DNA from: Dipteris shenzhenensis
Taxonomy: Eukaryota
Strand: one strand, 5' to 3'
DNA length: 64,000 bases
NCBI GenBank assembly: GCA_047967505.1
Contig: CM106538.1
The notes beneath the pieces are model-generated. The model worked only from the letters and a program-made list of their open reading frames with translations. It was not told the origin of the DNA and ran no database searches. Every line of letters starts with the position of its first letter. The first letter of the stretch is position 1. The position numbers were made by a program, and so were the translations under genes. Of this stretch, positions 13,500-25,760 are shown one piece after another.

Positions 13500-14700
13500 A
13501 ACCCGTATTATTGCATTGTGGGAATTTACAACCTATCTTGGGAATTTACAACCTATCTTGAGAGCAAGTAATGTCGATAAAGACATTACTTAAGAACGGC
13601 ACCACATCCATCATGTTCCCCCTTTCCAGGGATGTGGACCAAAGAATTCTAGATCATGTTTAGATGAGTGAGGGATTTAAACCATGCAATAAAGTAGAAT
13701 CCACTGGCTGATTTAAATTGCGAGGATGTATATTAGGCTAGCAAGATGTCACCATCCAAGATCTTCTCTAGAACAAAGTGATATTGCAACTGTACATGGT
13801 CCAAGCATGGAATGTTGAATCTTGAGAAATAGCTATACATCTTGGGTTGTCACACTGGATAATTGTAAGTTCCCTCTATTGGAACCCAATCTCATCAACA
13901 AATAACATCCGCAGCCACACCGCTTCTTGCTACTTCAAGAAATTGCTTCTAATATAACAAGAGTGATGTGGTCATTAGTAGTAAGACAATTAACATCAAG
14001 ATCATTATTGGATAATCTTCTAATCTATTGGAATGAAGAGGTGCAATTTTTCCATAATCTTGAAATTTTCTTATCCTCCACTTGAACCTAGTCCTAAAGC
14101 AATACAAGATAAAATGCTCGAGAGGACTCGAATGCCTTATCCAAGGTTAGATGTCAGTATTGTCTCATCAAAGTCTCTCACACAAATAATAGAAAAACAC
14201 TTTGTCAATTATCCATTCCAGGCCATGGGTGGTGTACATGAGAGAAACTATTTGTCAATATTGGAGCGTGTTGATGATGTCCATAGTAAATCATAACTGT
14301 GCAAGCTAGAGACTAGAGAGGATGGAATAATCATGCTATGTACAAGAGAAATTTTAATGGATTAGCAACTTTGAGCCATAGAAAAAGGAATGATAGAAAG
14401 GAATGATTGAGAGTTTACTTTTGTCATTTCTTTTTCTTTTCAGACATGGTGCACATGATGGTTAGCTATTCTTTCATGAGTATTTAGAAATGAGGATCTT
14501 TTTCTTGGTCTACAAATGTATGACTCTTGCCATGCATTTGCAATAAATAATGGGACAAAAACTGCTATTCTCCAAAGAGATATGGATCAGAAGCATCATG
14601 AAAGACAAAATGCAACACGCAAGCAATTGATGAGGGACATCTTAAAGTTTAGGATCCAAGCAACAATCCTAGGCTTTCCCTCTTGGCATCGGAGGTACTA
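13500..14700 (-). mobile_element. Sola2-like DDE transposase relic (copy A)
   Basis: The minus strand reads SSQFKSASGFYFIAWFKSLTHLNMI*NSLVHIPGKGEHDGCGAVLK at about 13590-13730. The extent beyond about 14000 is uncertain. Confidence 0.7.
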
Positions 14701-15129
14701 AAGAACCTAATGACAATGGTTGTGCTTTCTCTTCTACTTTGATTTTAAAATATCAAAAAACACATCCCTCATTTGTTGTTCTTCCTCCATTTTCTCTCCT
14801 CTTGATTGTCTTGTTGTCTTTGTTTGCTTTCTTCCCTACTTTGCCTACCCACCCTAGTTTTTGCTTTTTTGAATTGACATACACCATGCAAGGAATGGGG
14901 TGGATATAGCCTTGGAAAATCTGAGGGATTTGAACGTGGGCGGCCAGCTGTTGTGCCCTATCAGCAGCTAAGTTGCCCCTTCTCCTTAGGCCCTTTATAG
15001 ATCAAGTGTCCAAAGTAGGGACATGGGTTGATGTGTCTACCATGCATTATCGGTGGATTTGCTACACAAAATGGGGAGCGCCCATGCAACTAGGTAGCCT
15101 CAACCCCCTGCCCATCCTAAAAATGGACC

Positions 15130-15195
15130 AATGATGGGATTTGAACCCATGCAAGCCAATAGTGTGCCTAAACCTCTAGCCACATAGCCATGTTT
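15130..15195 (-). mobile_element. tRNA-derived (SINE-like) Pol III head
   Basis: A-box-like TGGCTATGTGG and B-box GGTTCAAATCC on the minus strand. A second B-box-like site lies near 14925. Confidence 0.4.
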
Positions 15196-17249
15196 ATTGC
15201 TTATTATGATTGCCTTTTGTTACAAAAAATTTGCTATCCACTGGCCATGCATTTCCTGCACCTTCTCTCACGTGGGTGCGCAATGAGTGGTGTGTACCCA
15301 CCCTTAATTGAGTGGTCAATGGGGATGAGCCTCCTATGTCTAGACTTGAATTGAACAAGGTTTTCGAAAGACTTTACTAGGCTTGCCATTTAAGGGTGTG
15401 ATAGTACTAGGCCTGCTGTTAAGGTGTGTGATTTGGTTTTACTATTGGCAAGGTAGGCATGTAGATTTATGGTGACTACTTAATAAGGAGGATGTATGTG
15501 GATGAGTGGTGGGACCAATAGTAGTGATTTGTCCCTATGATGGTTGTTGCATCAATGTTTGTCCAAGTGTGGTCTAGTGTGGAATGATATATCGTCATTG
15601 GCTGGTTGGTTGATAACTTGATATCATGAGATTTGCTATGGATTGTTGGAGGGATGCATGCAAGGTGTGGGCCAATTAGTGTTGTCCTGATTGAAGAGAA
15701 TCTAACAAATACTTGCTAGGATTCTACGATGGGTGTTTTTGGTTGTTTTTGGTGATTTATATGCTCTGATTATGTGTATTCCATTGTACATCTTGTTTTT
15801 GAATGTGGCATGTATGATCTCGATGCCATATTTTTATTATTGTTGTGCTAGCAAGCTGATGTTGTGTTGTCTTGTATATAATGGGAGACCATATTTTTCA
15901 AAGCACAATGTTGCTTGTGAGGGTTTTGGTTGTTGTTTTAGTCTTTGTTTCTTAGAGCCATAAAATGTTTGTAGCATGAGATTATTGTTGGCTAGTATGT
16001 CTTGCATATGATTATTGAGTGAGATTGTGTTCAGAGATTTAATGATTGTGTGTGAGTTATTGTACAATAGCATGTTATTTTGCAAGCTCTCCCATGTTGT
16101 TGTTGTTTGTAGTTGTGGAATCTCATGGAGAACAACATTATCAACTTTGATGTATTTTTTTTCCCACCTTATTAAGAATAGATTATTTGAGCTTTAAATT
16201 TGAGAGTTCAGAAGTGGATCGATCTCTTTCTCTCTCACTGTGACAAGTAAGCTCAATAGATCAACATCTATGCTTGCAATCACACTAGCTCCCAATTGTA
16301 CATAGCTCAGGGTTGAGGCAGAATAGAGCAAAAATGGCCACTTGTGGAGAGGAAGGCAGAAGGGCAATGTAGACAGTAGTGGAGAAGCTCAAAGTGAGAA
16401 GATTTATAAATGTGTAGAGGTTGAACATGGGAAAGCTTGTAGAAAGACGTAAAGCGGTATGGGTAGTGGGGAGGGGAAAGTGGGGGAGTGTAAAGGGGAG
16501 GTCAGATGGCTAGAACGAAGGTTTCGCATCAAATGCCCAGAAATAAGTCTTCAAGCTCTCTCCCTATGGGAAGCGTTTAATCCCATGCCAACAACATTGA
16601 ACGCAAGGCAAAAAATGAGAATTTTCAAGGTAAGCCAAAAATACAAGAAATGAAACAAGGATTGCCAGCCACAGATACAATCAATGAAAAAAATTGCATT
16701 TTCAAAGTTAAGAAAATCTTGATTTTTCTCATATCAAGCTACATGCCTCTGCTTATGCCTGCCTAGGGTAGGTCCAAAAACATAAAAAAACAATGGGTGC
16801 CCATGATGAGTATACTCTATTAGTATTTGTGGTGGGATGAGGGGGTGATTAAGGTAAGGTGAACAAGGCAATTAATGTAAATGCAAGGGCGGTTAGGATT
16901 CTAGAAATTTGTCTCGAGAAGATTCAAATTGGTTGCCACGTGAGTATATAGAGAGGAGCTTCATATTAGTCTTCACCCTGTTGATCAAGTCAATGAAAGA
17001 AAACACTCTAATATGTTCAAGTGTGTCAAAATAAATCTCTGTATGAATAAAAAACTATTGAGAAAAGCTATTAAAAACTTACCACATCATGTTCTCCTAA
17101 GAATGGCAATAATTCATGAGTGCTTATGCAATTGAGGCTTCCTGAGTAGTGGAATGAAAAATAATGAAGCTCCAAATTGGAGCTGTGTTGTGCGCTTTGA
17201 ATGTCGAGACCATGGCATCAGTTTGTTTATGTCCCAAACTAATTTCATT

Positions 17250-17430
17250 TATGTGGGGATTAAAGACCACTGTGCCTTAATCCCGATTATGTGCACAATA
17301 CTCAACATATATATATGAATGACATATAAGATAAGGGTGGTTCACCACCCACAAATCTATGCATTCCTCTCTGGCTCTCACTCTCTCTTGTTTTTCACTT
17401 CCGTTGTTAACTCAAAACTAGTATCAGAGC
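17250..17430 (+). mobile_element. 5' LTR and Met-tRNA primer-binding site remnant
   Basis: tagtatcagagc at 17419-17430 is one mismatch from TGGTATCAGAGC. It follows a TATA-containing and CT-rich segment. The left boundary is approximate. Confidence 0.5.
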
Positions 17431-17571
17431 TTCGAGGTTCTCTATGTCTCCTTCATGAGCATGATGAAGAGATTGCATGAGCTTTCTGATCAGGCATTCA
17501 TGAGGTAGCAAGTCGGGATCAGTTCTCGAAGCAAAGCTAATTTTTTGTAGTCTCAATGGTGACCCATGTGT

Positions 17572-18156
17572 TGTGGGGATCTTGAAGGAGGCGCTCCAAG
17601 ATACTCCTTGTGAGAGCAATACAAAGCATGAGCCATCCGCAAGTGTCACTCAATGGCTCCCGAATTGTTGCAATGGGTTTCCACGAGAGAAGAGGGGAGG
17701 GGGAGAGGGGAGAAGAGAGGGAGAGGGAGAGGGGAAGGGAAGAGTGAAGGGGGATGGAGTGGCAAACACAAAGGCACTACAAGGGAAACAAGAGAACACC
17801 CAAAGACACTATTGCAATTCCAAACTTGTGCATACAACAATGAAGACCAAAGTCAACCATTTGGCCTTTTATACAAGTCACCTTTTGAAGGGAGGGCCAA
17901 CCCTTTTCCTTATACCACTCTCTCTCAAATCTCTTTTGTTACAACCACTTGGGCCCATATGGTGCCAAGGCATTCTCTCAACCTCCTCTCATCTTCAAAT
18001 GGCTCTTTTGTTATCCATATGCGGGATCCAAATGGTGCCCTTATGTTTAGACAGCGGAGGCCCAACCATAGGTCTGTATCCAGTTAATGTCAGCTTGGAG
18101 GCTGTCGGGAGTGCAGACCCATGGGCTGAGTTCATCAGGCTTTGCTAGTTGCATCA
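17572..18156 (-). mobile_element. Putative 3' LTR of the Gypsy element
   Basis: Bounded by TG...CA, with a minus-strand TATAAAAGGCC at 17863-17873. It directly follows the last accessory-ORF stop and a purine-rich GATGAAG. Confidence 0.5.
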
Positions 18157-20759
18157 CTTCATCAACCTGTAAATAGTTTGTGGACTGAGTGATGAACCAG
18201 CACCATGCCTGGAAGTTGAGTAGGATGGGGTGGACAGCGAGGGTTTGAAGATCGAAAGGATAGAGGAGAGAGAGATTGGCGGATTGAAGGTCGAGGGAGA
18301 AATACGACATGGCAAGAATGGACAGCAATGGTCAGTGGTAATGGTCAGGATTGCGGGGAAGATGGTTTGGAGTGCATTGGGCAAAGGATGGGCAGTGAGG
18401 TCTATGTGCAAGATCAGGCTTTGTGCACGGAGTCTGTCGAAGTGCATTTGGAGTGTTTGGGGGATGGTGCGTGTAAGTGGCAAATTGTGCAGAGACCTCC
18501 TGGTACATCTGGAATTCCTGGTGCTCCCTGTCTTCCAATGTCGATTCCTCTGGGCGGCTAGAGGTGCGCACGCTCTCATTTTCTGCTTGCATGGTGACTG
18601 TGAGGGCGCGCTCTTGTGCTAAGAGATCTTGGAGGGTTTGGATTTGTCTGTCGGATCCCTCATAGAGTCTAGTTTGCTGCTCCTCGGCTTGTGCCCTGTG
18701 TTCTTTTGCCATGGCACGAAGGCAAGATTTTGCCTTATCTAATTGGTCCATGAGGGTTTGGACTAGGGATTCATTGGCAGAAATCTCATCCTTGAGCTTG
18801 GTGAGGGATACTTCTAGCTCTTCCGGCCTTGACCCGATGTTCCTCTACTCTGTCAAGGGCAGTTTTCCCTGTAGCTTGTGTGGCGACCATAAGCGTGTGG
18901 TTGTTGCACATGTTGAGTTGTGTTTGGAGGAGAGAGGAGCATGCCATCACATCCAGCAGCAGTTGGAGCTCCATATGATCGGTGTGTGAGTTGCTTAGCT
19001 TACATGGTGCTATAGCCGCCCGGGGTCTAGTATTGAGGTGCACTACAAAATTGGAGGGCTTCTATGAGACCGGCCCATGCAGACGAAGAGGAGCCTGTGA
19101 TAAAGGAGGTGATCTTCTAGGGTTGGGCGAAAGCTGAGGTCGACTTGGGGAGTAGAGGGGTTAGTGTGAGTGCCTTGGGCTCCAAGCTGGAGGACAATGT
19201 GGACAGTATCATCCCTAGGGATGTCATCGACATTGATGGGGTCCTAGGTGGCAGCCTCGCCCTTAGAGAGCAGAGAAACATGCTCGAGATGGTGCTTCCC
19301 TCTCAGGAATTACCACACCTAGTGGTCTTCGTATTGGGCATGCAACTGTGGCTGTCTAGGGTGACTAAACAGGATGGTTAGAGGGGGTGGTGCTCGGATC
19401 TTATGTCCTTGGTCGTTTAGGTACGGTCACTGTCTCCTCTCCTTTTGTGGAAACATGTCATGTGGTTGCTTTGTTGGTCAGCCCATATCCAATCGGTGGT
19501 TGTTGCTTCTGTAGCATGTGGTAGAGCACTGACATATATAGCATGGGGTTGCCGAGGACTTCGCCATGAGTCTTGAGGTCTTCCCACATCTGAGTGCAAA
19601 AGTAATATGCCCAGTTGGTCACCTGTGGTGCTGCCAATCTTGCAAGGATGTTGGGCACGATTGATTGGTAGTGGTCAGTATGCTTGCACACATACACACA
19701 AATTTGAGTACGTGATTTGAGCCTAGGACTCATCTTGTTCCAGAGACATTCTATGATAAATACAATAGCAAAGGGTGACTCTTGGAATTGGTTAAGACTC
19801 CAAACTTCAAGACTCACATTGCACATGGTTGAGTACTTCCTTTAAAAGACATATATGTGTGCGTATGTGTGCACGTGCATGTGTATGTGTACGTGACACA
19901 CACACATGCACATGCACACGCACACCTAGGTCAGCCATTGGAGCACACGGGCTGATTTCTCCAACTCCGGCTTTGTGATTTCGAAGAAGTCGATGCATCC
20001 CTTGCTCTTCTTCCGGTCATAGTTGCAGACCTGTCTGAGGGCTTCGTGCAGCTTTTTCTTTTGGAAGTACTTTTTTTAAATGGTGGGGAGGCCGAAGGCA
20101 ATGCACACCATATCCACATTGAGGTGGTAGAAGTGAGGGGTTCTTGTTGTGTCGCATAGGATGCCAACGTTGGTGTTCGAGTTGTAGGCCTAGAGGAATT
20201 CCTTGAGTAGCTTCATGTCGAGGTGACAAGGAAGGCGGTCTGCAACGAGTTCAAGGCCTATCAGTGCTAGGGAGGCTTGCACCTCTGGCTCCTTGAGGGG
20301 TTGGTACGCAGCTACATTGTGGTAGTGGAGGGTGTAATCATGCCCCTCGTAGGCATATCTGGAGTGGATCACACAGCCGTTGAGTTGTTGTAGCCAGGAT
20401 TCTTTGAGCAATGAGTGCCTGGGACTGCAAAATCTTGTACTCCCCTTGCGTTGGAGTTGGGGTACGCTTCTTGGATGTCTTGGAGGGGTGGTCACAGCCG
20501 TTGTTGATGGTTCCTGAGTGGCTTATTGCATCAAGATTTCCTCCTCTATTTGCCGTAAATCTACTAGAACATTAGAGGGCATCCGGATTGTCCCTGAGGG
20601 TGTACTCTGGGATTCAGAGGGGCCAATGAGTTGTGGATTTGGGGGGTGGAGGCCGAGTTCCATTTCGAATTCAAAGAATTCATTGTCAGGATCCATGGGG
20701 AAAAAGGAGGGCAGCTGTGTGAGGAGAGAGTTGGTAGAGGAGGATGAGGATGAGGACAT
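18154..20759 (-). pseudogene. Accessory ORF of the Gypsy element (plant-mobile-domain-like region plus coiled coil), disrupted
   Basis: Collinear ORF pieces joined by in-frame stops: LLKEFL*AYNS..HLNVDMVCIAFGLP, VTNWAYYFCTQMWEDL, and a coiled coil at 18332-18751. Confidence 0.55.
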
Positions 20760-20919
20760 TCAATGGGGGCTGAAATGTAGGTTGGAAGAGGGCTGAGGGC
20801 TGAGGAAGATTTGGCAAAAATTTGACAGAGTTTTGCTCTTTTTGTTAAGGCGATGACTCGAGGGGATAGGGTGGCCTTTTATAGTTTTTGGTATCCCTAT
20901 ATGGCCAAGGGGATAGAAT

Positions 20920-21140
20920 AAGGTGATAGGTCGTGGAGGTAGGAGCTATGGCAGCAGGTTGTGGGGATGGCAAAAAAGGAGACGGGTTGTGGGGATAGGA
21001 GCTATGGAGGCAGGTCATGGGGATAGCAGAAAAGGCAATGGTTGTGGGGATTGGAGGAAGGCAACAGCCGTGGGGATAGGAGGAAGGCGATGGCTATGAC
21101 GGCCATGGGGATACAGAAAAGGCGACAGTCGTGGGGATAG
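20920..21140. repeat. G-rich ~30-bp tandem repeats (gtggggatag core)
   Basis: About 7 degenerate units of tggggatag(g/c)a. Confidence 0.75.
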
Positions 21141-21399
21141 AAAATGTCTCTTGAGAGAGAGGAAAAAGGGAGGGGGGGGAGGTAAAGAGGGAATGAAGGG
21201 AAAAGGAAAAAGAAGCGTAGTTGTTGATGTTGAGGGTGTCATGATGTTGATGTTGAGGGTGTCGTGAGAAGGAAAAAAATGGGGGAATGGACTAGATGAT
21301 GCATAGACTCATGAGGTCAACATGCCAGGATTTAAAACACAAAGAAAATGCACAGAAAATGTACTAGCCATATTCATCTAATGCTCACCATGAATGTGA

Positions 21400-24064
21400 G
21401 TGGGTGCATGGGGATACCAAGGACTCATGAGCTGCTAGTGCGTGTGGGTGTTATACCTACCGTACGGACTCACCTAGACTTGGACTTGATGATTAGGTGG
21501 AATACGATGGAGATGAATGCCGAGAAGCAGCATACAATGTCATCAGCCAAGTAGAGCATGCGTTGAGTTTGTGCATCATCCTGGTTGTCAGTTTGGCACC
21601 AACGCTACTGTGTTCCCTTTGATGAATCTCTCTTGGGGTAAGGCACGCAGGTTCTTGTGTGGCTGTAACTGGGGAGGAAACAGGTTCTAGTGGTACCACA
21701 ACCCTTACTGTGGTAGATGGGTTATGCCCAAGTAACACTGCCAGTGCTTTATTGAGTAAAGTGTCCTTTGATAGCGTGCGCACGAGCCTGGAGGAAGGTT
21801 CTTGTGTAACTGACCCACTTTTAGGGGACAGTTCTTGTGTTGCTTCCTCGGGGACTTGGGCAACCTTTTCATTGAGTTGTACTATTCATGGAATCATGGC
21901 ACTCCGTGGGCTTGGGGGCTTGTTCGTCACGCTAGTCTCGAGGGTAGGTTCTTATGGGATTGCATCCATAGTTGACACAGGTTCTTGTGTTGCTACCTTC
22001 TGAACCCCTACGAGTTGGGATCACATATTTGGTGTCGTCAGAAGTTTCTAGACCTAAGCAGTTCGCTTGCCTTGGTAGTAGTCCTAGGATTCCAAGAGCT
22101 TTGTCACAACCCAACGCATGTGAGGCCACTGTGCTTGGAGTGGTGAAATTGGCCCTTGCAGTCCAGGTGATTGGCGGCGTCAAGCTCTTCTTCTAGATGG
22201 GATTGCTTGTGTTGGTGCAGGCCAAGAAAGGATCAAAGACCCTTCCCCTCCTTCGGAATTATAGGGCCGTTGACTTCTTTGAAGTGGCATTGTGTGCAGA
22301 TGATGGCTTCTTGTACCTGTTGTTTGTGACATTTTTGGGTAGGCGGTAGGGGTGGAAGAGTAGCTTGCAGCATGGCCTTGCTGTCACTAAGATTAGAACT
22401 TCGTGCTATCCCGACATGGACTTCCTTTTGAGGTTCAAAGCCAAGAGCGTTGGGGGTTGCTGGGGCCTTAGAATTGCCTTCGTTTAGAATTTCCTTGCCT
22501 TTTGCGGGTGGTGGTACTATGGGGGAGGTGGGATTAACTTCAGAAAGCAGAATTACTGCACTTGTTCAAGCTCTCAGCCAGGCCATTTGCCCTGGGGTAG
22601 TATGGCATCAACTTCCTATGTATGATCATGAATTCACTAGTCAGGATTGCTATAGTTTCATTGAGGAAAGAGTTCCTCGATCACTGACCATTCTAAGGGG
22701 CACCAAACTGTGCGATGACTTGTTTGTATAAAAACTTAGCTATGGATTGCGCATCAGCTTTTCTTGTGGCTAGGCCCTCCACCCATTTGGTGAAATAATA
22801 TGTGGCCAGGATAATGTATTTGACCCTATTCCTCTAGCGGTTGGGCTTATCGGCGGGCTAATAAAGTCTATGCTCCATTTCTCAAAGTGTTGATTGATTA
22901 ATATTCCTGTTAGGGGCATCATGTCCACTTTATGTCAAATTTGCACCCTTTGGCAGGGTTCACATTGCTTGATAAACTCAATTGCATCTCCAAAGAGAGT
23001 TGTCCACCATAGGCTTGCATGCAACACTTTAAGTGACGTAAATTCAATGGTGGGTGAAGTAACCACCTGCTATCCTAGAATGGGCTTCTTCGAGAACATC
23101 GATGGGCTTTTCAAGCACATCGATATATTCATGCTCACATATGCATGTACACATGAGGGCATCGTTGCCCATGCAGTATAGTTGGCCTACAATTAGCTGA
23201 TATGGTGCTACATCCTTGATGAGTTTGTGGGCTTTGTCCCTCTTGAGGGCTTTGTCTAGAGAGGACCCATTTGCAAGGTAGTGGCCTATTTTTGTTGCCC
23301 ATTCCAGAATTATGTCAATGAGGAATAGGGGAGCATCTGAGAGGTCATCCTCAACTCCCGTTGGAGCCTCCCCATTGGGAATCCTTGAGAGGTGGTCGCC
23401 TAGGATGTGGGTCTTTCCTTTACGTACCACGACTGTGAAGTCAAACTCCAAAAGGATTAGCATCCACCTTGTGATGTGTCCCATCATGCAGGGCCAGGGC
23501 TTGTTAACCAAATATGGTAAGGCTCGATTGATCAACAAAAAAGATGAACATGTTGGCTAACAAGTAATGCCTAAACTTCTTAACTGCATAGACCATGGCC
23601 AGGCCTTCCCTCTTTGTTGTTGTGTAATTAACCTCGGCATCATTTAATTGTCGACTAGCAAAGTACACCAGGTAGTCCAGGTTGTACTCCCCTGGTTGGG
23701 CTAACACACATTTGATGGTATTAGGTAGTTCCTCCAACAACACTTGGTTGATTGAAGTTATACAAGGTGGGTGAGGTTGTGGACCCAATATGAGTGCCAT
23801 CAGGTTGGGTGGGGTCGTCAGGGCTAAAGGGGGGTCTTGCTCGATAGATCGGTGAAGGACCCTAGGGAATCGGCATTAGGAGGTGGCGTGGTTTCCCCAT
23901 CTATAGCAGTGTGCACAGTAGAGTGCTTGCCTTGCCCTAAGACAGGGGCACTCATTGGAGGGGTGATTGCTGTTGCATACCCCGCACCAAACATTGTCTC
24001 TCCTAGGAAACAAGTGGGGGTTACTTGGTGTCTCCTTGGAGGTTCCTAGCCTTCCATTACTTGC
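21400..24064 (-). mobile_element. Ty3/Gypsy gag tail, RNase H and integrase remnant (protease and RT deleted)
   Basis: Gag Cys/His fingers (WCGVCNSNHPSNECP, YCAHCYRWGNH), RNase H (VYFASRQLNDAEVNYTTTKREGLAMVYAVKKFRHYLL, RWMLILLEFDFTVVVRKGKTH..DHLSR) and the integrase start (VLEEAHSRIAGGYF). The left boundary is approximate. Confidence 0.9.
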
Positions 24065-25760
24065 CCAGATAGTGGCATCTGTTTGCATTTGAGCTGACAT
24101 GGCATGCTTATTTGGTACTGTAGATAGCATTCTGTATAAGCGTCCTTCCTTGACACCTTTTGTACTAGCTGACATCTTTTGGATTTGTCTCTGATAGTGC
24201 ATTCATCACCATCGAAGATGACTTTGTAATTGTGTTTCGTCTTTTGGCCTACTGACAAAAGGTTCTTGCTGAGCTTCGGAACATAGAGCACATCTTTGAC
24301 TAATCCTTTTGTACCAGTGAAATTGTTCATAGGGATAACACCTATCCCTTGAACCGGATTCGGTGTATTGTCTGCTGTGTAGATGACATTCTTCTGACCT
24401 TCTAATGGTTTCATCTCTGTGAACCATTCCTGATGATTTGTCATATGAGATGATGCACCGCTGTCGATGTACCAAGGATCCTGTTCCACTTGGTCGACTT
24501 GATAATTGTAATCTTCTTTGGGATTGAAATCAGTGTCTAGGTGCATTGTATCAGTCTGATGCAATTCCTCTCTTGTAAGAAACATATTTCCATGTTCATT
24601 TGCAAAATGACTGTGACTAGAATGTCCACCACGATGATTTCCTCTTCCTCGAGAATTCCCTCGATTACTGCTGGATTGATCGCCTTGGTCGTACTGCTTC
24701 TTGCGGCAATCTCTTTCATAGTGTCCAAACTTGTGACAGTAGTTGCACTGAATGTTTGACACATTGGTGGATGCATTCCCTCGACCTTGAAATCTTCCTC
24801 GATTGGAATGATTTCCTCTTTGCTGATTCTGATTTTGCTGAGGATGATGCTGATGTTGATGTTGATGTTGATGCTGACTTTGATTTTGTTGATGATGACC
24901 ACTTTTCTTATATGATCTACCTCTGTTTCTGCCTTTGCCTCTGCTTCTGTCTGAAGCTGTGAATGCCTGATCATTAGAATGACCTTTACGTGCTTGAATG
25001 GCCTGAGTCCTGAGTTCTTCACCAAGTAGGACTGACTGAAGTTCTTCTAGTGTCGGAATTTGCTGTTGGATGGCAATACTCTGGACTAGATTCTCATATC
25101 CCTCTCCTAGTCCGTTCAGAATGACTTGAACCATTTCTGCGGGTTCATAGTCTCTTCTGCTACTGCAAGTTGATTGTTGTAGTCTTTTATGCGGAGTACA
25201 TAAGCATGACCGGTTTCACTACTGTTGCAAAAACTCTGGTTAATTTGGTTTCTCAGGGTGAGAATCCTGGATATGTTCTTGGACTCGTAGAGTGCTGCGA
25301 ACATATCCCATGCTTCTTTTGATGTCTTAACTGTGTTGAGTTGTCCTAGCATGACATCTTGCACATTCTGCTTGATCAGATGATAGGCATACTTGTCTTT
25401 CTTATCCCATTCTGCTTGAGCTCGGGCAATGGCAGGATCTGCTACTGGTGCGAAAACTATTTGTGTAGATGTAGATCCTGATGTAGATTCCATTGCTGGT
25501 GCTGTGACAACAGATGGAGTAGAGCTACTGGTGACTGGATCGGCCAATGGTCTAGGTGTAGACCCATCAACATACTCCCATTTGTCCTGAAGCACAAGAA
25601 TGGTCTCCATTCGGTATTTCCATGTACCGTAATTGGAGTTGTCTAACTTAGCAGATGCCTCCACATTGAGGTTGCTAGTCGACATGGTGCAAAAAATGTA
25701 CTCAAAAAGTGTCCTGAAAATCTCTGTATGAATCAACTGCAAATACACTGAAGATGCCAA
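24065..25760 (-). mobile_element. Ty1/Copia gag (UBN2-type), CCHC zinc knuckle, protease and pre-integrase; truncated
   Basis: KLDNSNYGTWKYRMETIL, CNYCHKFGHYERDC, WYIDSGASSHM, DVLYVPKLSKNLLSVGQ and GRLYRM. Frameshifts near 25125 and 24180. Confidence 0.95.

Noticed and set aside
15720-16200. Hydrophobic Cys/Val-rich ORFs (also 6495-6883)
   Set aside because: These are artefacts of TG/CA-rich low-complexity sequence.
24840-24900. QH repeat in Copia gag as a novel domain
   Set aside because: It is a simple (CATCAA)n expansion in the disordered gag linker.
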